Below, in pieces: positions 55,015 to 64,000 of a stretch of DNA of 64,000 nucleotides. Source of the stretch: Lama glama (Eukaryota); NCBI GenBank assembly GCA_028534125.1, contig CM052816.1:62188001-62252000 (forward strand). Direction: 5' to 3'. Each line of letters opens with the position of its first letter. Position 1 is the first letter of the stretch. The translations under genes and the position numbers were made by a program. The notes beneath the pieces were generated by a model, which was not told the DNA's origin, did no database searches, and was given only the letters and a program-made list of their open reading frames with translations.

Positions 55015-58000
55015 TTCATTTCTGACTTTAGCAATTTGAGTTTTGAGTCTTTTTTTCTTAGTCCGTCTAGCTTAAATTTTGTTGGCTTTTGCAAAGAACC
55101 TTTTTGATTCATTGATTTTCTCTATTGCTTTTCTATTCTCTATTTTGTTTATCTCTACTCTGCTCCTGCTAGCTTTAGGTTTAGTTTGTTTTTCTTTAGT
55201 TCTTTAAGTTATAAAGTTAGGTTGTTTTGAGATCTATCTTAGTTTTTAATGTAAGCATCTGTAGCTATAAATTTCCACTTCATAGCACTTCCATTGTGTC
55301 CCAGTATTTTGATATGTTTTGGTATGTTGTGTTTCGCTTTCATTCATGTTTAAGTAGTTTCTAATTTTCCTTGTGATTTTTTTCTTTGACTCATTGATCA
55401 CTTAAAAGTGTGTTGTTTAATTTCCACAAATTTATTGAATTTTCCAATTTTATTTCTGTTACTGATTTCTAAGCTCATTCCATTATGTTTGGTGAAGATA
55501 TTTTGTATGATATCTTTTAAAAATCTATTGAGACTTAATTTGTGGCCCAATCCATATTCTATCCTGGAAAATTTCCCATGTGCACTTGAAAAGAATATGT
55601 CTGCTGCTGTTGAGTGGTGTTACATTTATGTCATTAGATGTAGTTGGTTTGTTGTGTTGTTTAAGTCTTTCATTTCCTTAATTAACTTCTGTCTGGTTTT
55701 TCTATTCATTATTGAGTACTGACATCTTCAAATACTATGTAGAACCGTATCTTTCTTCAATACTGTCAGCTTTTGTTTCATATATTTTGCTGGTCTATTA
55801 TTGGGTGCATAAATGTTTATTATATATTTTTGATATATTGAGTCTTTTATTAATATATAATGTTCTTGTTTATCTCTTATAAACTTTTAAAAACACCTTT
55901 ATTGTGGTATGGTTCCTGTACAGTAAACTACACATATTTGAGATGTACAATTTGAGGAGTCTTGATAGATGTATGCACCAATGGAACCACTACCACAGTC
56001 AAGATAGCTAACATTTCCATCACTCCCCAAGAGGTACAATTTTTGAATTCCCAATTTATCCCTTCCTATCCCCTTTACTTCCCTGGTAACCATAAATTTA
56101 TTTTCTATGTCTGTGAGTCTGTTTTTTCTTGTAAACTTTTTTGATTTAGAATCTATTTTGACTGATATTAGTGTAGCCACTCCTGCTCATTTTGGATATT
56201 ATTTGTGAGGAATATCTTTTTCTGTATTTTCACTTTCAATCTATTTGTATCTTTGAATCCACAGTGAGTCTCTTGTAAACACCATATAGTTGGATCATGT
56301 GTTTTTATCCATTCTGCCAATCTGTCTTTTGATTGGCAGGTTTAATCCATTGTATTTCAAGTAATTACTGATAAGAAGGGGCTTCTGTCATCATTCTATT
56401 TTTTTTTTTCCTATATGCCTAAGAGCTCTTTGGTCTCTTATTTCCTGCATTACTGTTTCCTTTAGTGTTGATTTTTTAAAAATTTCTTTCTCATTTTCTG
56501 TTGTGTACACTCTATAGCTATTTTCTTTGTGGTTACCATGGGGATTACATTTAACATCCTAAATTTATAACACTCTAATTTGAATTTATACCAACTTAAC
56601 TTCAATAACATACAAAACTCTGCTCTTTTACAGGTCCATCTCTACCTTTTTTGCTGTAGATGATACAAAATTACATCTTTATACATTGTGTGCCCCCCAA
56701 ATATAAACTAATAATTATTTTAACTACATTAGTCCCCTAAATAATGTAGACATATGGAATTACAAACTGAAGTTACAATATTACTAGCTCTTACACTAAT
56801 TGAAAAATAGATAATAATCTCTTAAAGCACTTATAAAAACAAACCATTATTATAATAATACTAGCTTTATAATTGCCCATATCTTTACTGAGATGTTTAT
56901 TTCTTCAAACAGCTTCTAGGTACCGTTTAGTGTTCTTTCATTTCACCCTGCAGGACGACCTTGAGCATTTTTTGCAGGATAGGCAGGTCTAGTAGTAAAG
57001 AACTCTCTCACTTTTTGTTTATCTAGGAATGTCTTAATCTCTCCCTCACTCTTGAAGGAAAAGAGTACTTTAAAAATCTGTTTTCACAATCTGTCTCTTA
57101 GTATTTATTTTGAGTATTTAGGTATAATGTAGTTATTTTTATGTTCAGGCTATATCTAAAATTTTTGTATTTTAGTATTTATTTTATGTTTGTTCTGTTT
57201 TTTGTTCCTTTGTTTTTCTTTTCCTGCCTTGTTTTGTGTTAGGTGAGTTTTTTTGAGTGTTGTATTTTAATGTTTAGTGCTTTTATTGTATGTCTTTGTA
57301 TATTTTAGTAGTTGCTCTGAGGTGTACTATATGCATATTCAGTTTTTCACAGCCCACTTAGAATCAGTATTTTGCCACTTAAAGAGAAATGTAGAAACTT
57401 TACCACCATGTATTACTGTGTACTTTCTCTTCTTTATGTTACAGGCGTCTTACACATTACATCTAGTTACATGACATCGTAAATCCCATCACAGTTTTAT
57501 ATTTTTAGTTTTCAACTGTTAAAACATATTTTCAAGGACCAAGGGGGAAAGGAATCGTTTTCCTTTTTACCCAGTTATTTTCCATGTCTATTACTTTCTA
57601 TTCATTTTTGATACTCCAAATTTATTTTTTGGTAAATTTATTTTCTTTTTGTGTGGAGTTCCTTTAGCTTTTCTCTGAGAGTACACCTTCTGGCAGTGAG
57701 TTCTCTTAGTTTTCCTTCATCTGAGAATGCCTTTATTTTACCTTCATTCCTGAAAGTTTTGTCTGATACAAGATTCTTGGTGGATGGTTCTTTTCTTTCA
57801 GATCTTTAAACTTGTTGCTCTCTTTTGGGCTCTAGGTTTCTGATGAAAAATTTGAGTCTTTCAAATTATTTTTCCTTTATATGTAATACATTATTTTTCT
57901 CTGGTTGTTTTCTTTGTATTTGATTTTTAGCCATTTAATTACAACGTGCCTGGGCCTAATTTCTTTGGACTTCTTCTATTTGGGTTTTGCTGAGCTCTTT

Positions 58001-58850
58001 GAATCTATGTTAATGTATTTCATGAAATTTGGGACGTTTTCACTCATTTCTTTAAATTTCATTTGTTTCTTTGTTATATGATCTGTTTCAGTGATAAGAC
58101 TTTCTGTTTTTCCATTGGTTTCAGGAGTGTTTTTGATTGTTTTCTGGAGTATTTTTATAATAAATACTTCAGAATCTTTGATAATTCCAATATCTTTGTT
58201 ATCTCAGCATTGGCATCCTTTGATTCTCTCTCCCATGCATTTTGTGATTTTGCTAGTTACTTGTATGCTGAGTGATTTTGGATTGTATTCTGGACATTTT
58301 GAATATTATAAGACTATGATATCATTTTGGTTCTAAGGGTAATGTCAATAGTTTTGTTCTAGCAGGCAGTCAACCTGTTTGGGTTCAGGCCACTGGTGCC
58401 AACTCTACTCTGTAGACTGTGGTTCCAATGTCAGTTCCATTTTCACAGTCTTTGTAGCACTGTTGCTTTCCTGTGTATGCGCCATCCAGTGGTCAGTCTT
58501 GGACCAGAGCCGAGGTCTAGAGGTTCAGTTTTCAAAGTTACTGAATAGGATCAGTTCACATCTGAGCAGGTCAGGGGTGAACTTAAGAGTTCATAAATGA
58601 CTTTATGGGTTTGTTTTCCTGAGCTTTTACACTCCACAATCTTGGTGTCACTCCTTTAAAAGTTGTCTACCCGGAAACCTAGGACTTTCGTTACCACACA
58701 TTGCTGTGCATTTCTGTAAGCTCATCTAGGTCCAAAAGGCAGTGGGAAGGGAAAAAGCACTAGGCATTTGCCCCACATTCTTTGACTCACAGCTCCTATA
58801 AACAGAGCAGAAGTCTTCTGTCTCTGAGTTGTGATTTTTACATTCTCCCA
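55015..58850 (-). mobile_element. Mosaic of older LINE-1 fragments (endonuclease, ORF1 and upstream regions) with a nested 3' tail near 55895-56130
   Basis: T-rich antisense L1 text, e.g. 'ctgatattagtgtagccactcctgctc', 'aggaatgtcttaatctctccctcactcttgaagga' and 'tctgagaatgcctttattttaccttcattcctgaaag'. Confidence 0.75.
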
Positions 58851-60139
58851 TTGCTTCTGCCTGGGAAAAAAGTCATGACTAAGTTTTGCTGTAGTCTAAG
58901 TTCCCTTAAGCGTCAAGCATACATGGTTTTGGAAGATTTTAAGTGAACTAAAAACCAGTTGGTCATTTTCTAATTAATGGGGAATGAATGGTAGCTAAGG
59001 CAACCAGAGCAGTTAACTAACAGATAGTGAAAAGATTTTTGATGGAGTGGCTCATTTTTAAAAAGATGCTATGATGATTGTATTTTAATGTAAAGTGGGC
59101 AGATGGAAACAAATAGCACATCAAGAAAGTAAAGAGTAATTTAATTCTTATATTGTCCTCTTTGTAGAGCTTTGTCTCCTGAAAAAACGAAGTCAGAAAA
59201 ATGTATCTGTCTGTCTGCCTGTGTTCTGTCTATCTGTGGGGTCTAACTACCAAGGCAGGGTCTAGAAGGAAAGGAAACAAAGGAAAAGGAATAAAATCTC
59301 TTCAAGTAAATACGCAAAAACATACAGAGTGTTTAGTGGTAAGTCGAACATCAGGGCCATTACTTAAGATAGTAACCAGGAAGAATCTGAATTTTTGGAA
59401 GCAGATATAATAAAATATAAATAAGAACAAAGAGGTCAGGAAGTGAAGAGGAAAAGGGTGGGATTTGTTTTTTCTTTTGTCCTTTTCTTTAATGCAGGTG
59501 GGAGATGTCCTGGTACTAGAGAGACTGGATAGTGGTGACAAATGAGTATGTGAGCCTTTGATCAATTTTATGTTACTAAATATATAATTCAAACACAGTA
59601 TAAATCACCTGTTCAAAACTTGGGCCTTGGGAGTTGGGAAGAAATGAGAAATGTTCTTTGAAACAAGGGTAGATATGAGCAGAGGGCTTTCATTTTGGGC
59701 TCCTGTTGAAAACACAAGAGGACCCAGTACAAAGGCGCCACGATAGTCCTTTGGCTTTATGGTGGCGCTGGAGATAGACTGGATGGGAAAAGAGAATGTG
59801 AATGTGCGTGAACACAACCCTCTCTGACGCTGTCTTGAGTGTGGGGCATTGCCAGAGTTGGCGACACAACGTGGAATACGCTCATTTTATTTTCTTTTGT
59901 CCATTACCTGTCTTCCTTCTTCTTCCTACCTCCCATTAGAAATGCGGAACTAGAAGGTGTGAGTTTTCCAGCTTGCCTAAGCAGGACTTTGTCTTTGCTT
60001 ATTGTAGGGTGATTATAAATCTCCTTTCGGCCGTTAGTTGAGTGAGTGGGGAAGCTGTGCATTCTCTGGGCTTGGGCTTTTATTGATATTCACCAGTTTG
60101 GTCTGTTACGGTACTAATCTGCTTTTTAAGAATATTGAT

Positions 60140-60385
60140 AGCTAATAATAGCTACACTTCATTGATTTTTTTTAAGCCAGGATTGTGCGAAGTGTTTTTG
60201 CCTACATGACATACATTATTTTGGTTAGTCCTTATGATAATCATATAAGGTAGGTGACATTATCTTCATTCCACAGATGAGAAAACTGAGAGTTGGGGAA
60301 CTTGTCTAAGACAGCACTCACTCTGTGTCAGTGTGGATTTCTACTCAAGCCTGTCTCCAAAGCCAGTGGACATAGGCACTGTTCT
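60140..60385 (-). mobile_element. MIR SINE
   Basis: 'aggtaggtgacattatcttcattccacagatgagaaaactgagag...aacttgtctaagac' is the MIR core in reverse. Confidence 0.8.
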
Positions 60386-61426
60386 GTACTGCTCAACAGA
60401 AAAGGGAGGGGCCTCTGCAGACATTTTCATGTTTATTAATTTGGGGATTGATGAGAATTCAGGGTCTATCTTTTGCATGTGAAAGATTTGTTGCAATAAG
60501 AATTGTTTACTTTATCCCTGAATTATTTCCAACCTCAAATATTGTGATGTATATTCTGACTCTGATTTTTAGTATTTTTTTTCAGATGCTCTTGGTTCCT
60601 GCCTTTCTTATGATACATTCTGTGCTTCACATCCTCTTATGGTGAAGTCTTTTTCTTAAAGAGTTTTAAAAATCCAATTTCTTACTTCCTTCAAACATTT
60701 TTTTCTGAAAAAAAAAAAACACAAAAAGCGAAACCAGTTTCTCCTGCCTCATAATATTCTAAAAATAGTTTAATTTTGCACCTGTTTCTGTAATGACTTT
60801 TTTATTAACAGTTTCATGAAGATGCAGATGTTGATTTTTTGCTTTTTTTCAATGTTTGTACTCTTTTTTTCATCTTTTTATGTCACTTTGTCTATGTTTA
60901 TATGTTTGGATATCTGTTCATCAAATTTTGCATATTACTTTTTTCTATGCTAAGTAATTTAAAGTCTTGTGATAGTAATCCATATAAAGAAATAATTTAT
61001 GCAGTGATGAATATTTGTTAGCCTCAGTTTCCTCCCTTGTTACAGAAAGCAGAATTTCAGGAGGTGGTGTCAGGATGGTGGCAGGAAGCTTGTTAAAGGT
61101 ACAGATGACACGGTTCCAACACTGAGAGCCAATGAGGAGGTTTCAGATGAGGTTCAGTAATGTCCATTCTAAACAGACCACCCAGCAATTCTGCTGCACA
61201 GCCGCAGTTAAGGAGTGTTGGTAGCCCCTTCCTAAAGCTAGTAGGCAACAGAGCCAAGGACAAGGTCAAGGATACCATGTAATCTGGGGGTGGGGGTGGA
61301 CGATAGGGATTTAAACTGCATTAGTTTACATATGTGGAAATATCTCTTTTTGTATGAAATTGCATTTAAGGATTAGAAATTTCATATTTCTGGATTAGAA
61401 AACTGAAACATGTTTTGATATTTTAG

Positions 61427-61751
61427 GGGAAGGATGGTTATATTATGCTTAAAAGCTGTCCTCGAATGTCTGACACAGACCCACACAAGCACTTTGTATA
61501 GTAGTCATGATCACTTTTTTTTCCTTTCAGGGGGCGGTAATTAGCATTTTTTTAAATTTATTTTTTAAATAGAGGTACTGGGGTTTGAACCCAGGACCTC
61601 GTGCATGCAAAGCATGTGCTCTACCACTGAGCTATATCCTACCCCCTTCATGATGACTTTGAATTATTAAAAATTTTACAGGGAGGGAAACAGTGCCTTT
61701 CAGGCCATCAAATGAGTTTCATTAGTACTATGAAGTCACCATCACTCACAA
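61427..61751 (+). pseudogene. NT5EL: 5'-nucleotidase-like pseudo-exon F (GKDGY exon), interrupted by a SINE
   Basis: Acceptor atattttag|GGG, then GKDGYIMLKSCPRMSDTD / TQALCIVVM / [SINE] FELLKILQGGKQCLSGHQMSFISTMKSPSLT. It ends in phase 1 at 61751 or 61754; the donor is weak. Confidence 0.82.
61518..61647 (-). mobile_element. tRNA-derived SINE, camelid Vic-1-like, inserted in pseudo-exon F
   Basis: Minus strand 'ggatatagctcagtggtagagcacatgctttgcatgcacgaggtcctgggttcaaaccccagtacctct' plus an A-rich tail; 13-bp TSD tcatgatcacttt (61505-61517) / tcatgatgacttt (61648-61660). Confidence 0.92.
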
Positions 61752-62281
61752 GTGATAGTATAATTTTATTTTATTAGAAGCATTATTATAAAAAGTTTTT
61801 GGTTAATTCTGGATATTAAATAAATGATACTTGGCACTCTCATTTCTTATGCTTGGGGAAATAAAACATGAACAGAATAATAAAGACTGGGTGCTCTTTG
61901 CCAAGGCATAAGGCTAGGCCTGAGGGAAATAAAAATAATTAGAAGAAAGGCATAAGCAAAAACTCAAAGATAAAAAGCACAAAGTAAGTTCTAAGTATGT
62001 ATATATTTTTCAAATTCTTCTACTTTACAGACTTACCTCAACTACCTTTATACATTTGCCCTCCTCTTATTTCTATTCTGTATGAACCGTACCAGTTAGT
62101 CAAATGGGCTCAATAATGTCCTGAAAACTCTTCATCTTTTCCTACTTAATAAGCATTGTACATTGGCAGATAGGGCGTCTTGTATTTTGTTTTGGTTTGG
62201 AAGTTTTATCCATTAAAAATGTCATCAATAATACAAAAGAAGATTGGATCAGATTTGGGGCTATCATATTAATTTTAACAG

Positions 62282-62499
62282 GTTTTACTGTCCTGATAGC
62301 CTCTGAAGAAGAATCAGCTAAACCATCAGCAGTAATTGCAGTACTTGGCATAGAAGGAGGAATTTGCCGTATTTCTCAGGACACAAAAGAAAATTTGCAC
62401 CAACTTAGAACTGCAGGAAAACAAGGCTTAAGAACTTTTCCCACAGTTAGTGATATGCATGTGAGAATTCTGATTCTGATTGAAATATTGTATAGGTAA
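62282..62499 (+). pseudogene. NT5EL: Probable terminal exon of the 5'-nucleotidase-like pseudogene
   Basis: Acceptor attttaacag|GT in phase 1 matches exon F. It reads FTVLIASEEESAKPSAVIAVLGIEGGICRISQDTKENLHQL..., where 'IEGGI' resembles the family C-terminal '(V/I)EGRI'. The frame is open to TAA 62497-62499. Confidence 0.55.
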
Positions 62500-62557
62500 T
62501 ATGTTCTATTAGTGCCAAACTGAATCTGAAATATTAACATACAGTTGTAGCATTTTT

Positions 62558-63890
62558 TAACATTTTTTATTGATTTATAATCATTTTACAATGTTGTGTC
62601 AAATTCCAGTGTTCAGCACAATTTTTCAGTCATTCATGGACATATACACACTCATTGTCACATTTTTTTCTCTGTGAGTTATCATAACATTCTGTGTATA
62701 TTTCCCTGTGCTATACAGTATAATCTTGTTTATCTATTCTACAAGTTTGAAATCCCAGTCTATCCCTTCCCACCCTCCACCCCCCTGGCAACCACAAGTC
62801 TGTATTCTCTGTGAGTCTATTTCTGTCCTGTATTTATGCTTTGTTTTTGTTTGTTTGTTTGTTTTTGTTTTTGTTTTTTAGATTCCACATATGAGCGATC
62901 TCATATGGTATTTTTCTTTCTCTTTCTGGCTTACTNNNNNNNNNNNNNNNNNNNNNNNNNNNNNNNNNNNNNNNNNNNNNNNNNNNNNNNNNNNNNNNNN
63001 NNNNNNNNNNNNNNNNNNNNNNNNNNNNNNNNNNNNNNNNNNNNNNNNNNNNNNNNNNNNNNNNNNNNNNNNNNNNNNNNNNNNNNNNNNNNNNNNNNNN
63101 NNNNNNNNNNNNNNNNNNNNNNNNNNNNNNNNNNNNNNNNNNNNNNNNNNNNNNNNNNNNNNNNNNNNNNNNNNNNNNNNNNNNNNNNNNNNNNNNNNNN
63201 NNNNNNNNNNNNNNNNNNNNNNNNNNNNNNNNNNNNNNNNNNNNNNNNNNNNNNNNNNNNNNNNNNNNNNNNNNNNNNNNNNNNNNNNNNNNNNNNNNNN
63301 NNNNNNNNNNNNNNNNNNNNNNNNNNNNNNNNNNNNNNNNNNNNNNNNNNNNNNNNNNNNNNNNNNNNNNNNNNNNNNNNNNNNNNNNNNNNNNNNNNNN
63401 NNNNNNNNNNNNNNNNNNNNNNNNNNNNNNNNNNNCCCCGTCCTCCGCCCGGCTTGTGCAGCCTGGCCCTGCCCGCCGCTGCCGGCCCGCGTCTCAGGCT
63501 GGGTGTCGGGGGGGAACGCTCTGTTTCTGTTTAACTTAGTTCTGTCAGACAAGGGCTGCTCTGTACAGATCCGAGCCTTGGAGGCTCCCCCTCCGTCCCG
63601 CTGGCCTCTCAATTGGAGAGGGGAGACCCAGCGAGCGAGCACCAGTCCTCCTTTGCCGCTCCCTCCCCGCGGGACCCGTCCCGCGCTGCTTTGCCTTTTG
63701 TTCTTTCTTTTTTCCTTTTCTCCTACCAGATTTTTGGCGTCTTAATCTTTTGAAGAGGGTGATGTTCTGTCGGAGTTCCGCAGGTTCTCTGGTTGGCTGA
63801 GTGGGTCTGTAGATGTGGGTCTTGGTGTATTTGTGGGAGAGGGTGACTTAGGAGCATCCTTCTACTCCGCCATCTTCTCAGTCTCTCTCA
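62558..63890 (-). mobile_element. Probably full-length young LINE-1 whose interior is hidden in a gap
   Basis: 3'UTR at 62558-62935 and a GC-rich 5'UTR at 63436-63890 (minus start 'gagaagatggcggagtagaaggatgctc'), flanked by a 17-bp TSD with one mismatch (acagttgtagcattttt / acagttttagcattttt). Confidence 0.88.
62936..63435. other. Assembly gap (500 N)
   Basis: Run of N. Confidence 1.
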
Positions 63891-64000
63891 ACAGTTTTAG
63901 CATTTTTAAGCATCATAGTTTAATTTTGATCTGTATTGCTTCAGAATTGATTTGAATTCTGGGGATACTGTGCTAAAATTTCTTTTCATTTGATTCTTAC

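Larger units (their letters stand above)
29586..62499 (+). pseudogene. NT5EL: Unitary pseudogene of a 5'-nucleotidase-like gene (probable orthologue of mouse Nt5el/4933425L06Rik)
   Basis: Collinear plus-strand exon remnants rebuild the 5'-nucleotidase family motifs in order: FSG(D>N)CLNPS, GNHEFD, IGLMGLVE, T(H>N), GAHD-H, IVKSGSDF, LDG..VR..E...GN, G.L(R>*)SD, NGV..YPAL.GR, GKDGY. Many lesions are present. The symbol rests on recalled synteny with Rgs7bp and needs confirming. Confidence 0.85.

Overview
Mammalian genomic DNA, most likely camelid: it carries three copies of a tRNA-derived SINE resembling the camelid Vic-1 family, artiodactyl-type L1 3' ends and two 500-N scaffold gaps. The left end holds the CpG-island promoter and first coding exon of RGS7BP on the minus strand (CDS 876->712, 55 codons); the rest of that gene lies outside the window. 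On the plus strand, pointing away from RGS7BP, is a multi-exon 5'-nucleotidase-family (calcineurin-like phosphoesterase) gene that the ORF track largely misses. Five exons are clear (29586-29736, 40181-40774, ~41942-42069, 43216-43394, 61427-61751) and a sixth, terminal exon at 62282-62499 is probable. From recalled synteny it is probably the orthologue of mouse Nt5el (4933425L06Rik). The five clear exons carry frameshifts, stop codons, damaged splice sites, substituted metal ligands or, in one case, a SINE insertion, so it reads as a unitary pseudogene. The rest is interspersed repeats (L1, L2, MIR, LTRs, DNA-transposon MITEs) and microsatellites. I see no evidence for a new functional system; the best story is the gene-loss record. 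Repeat family names and homologue sequences are from memory, not searches, and repeat boundaries are approximate.
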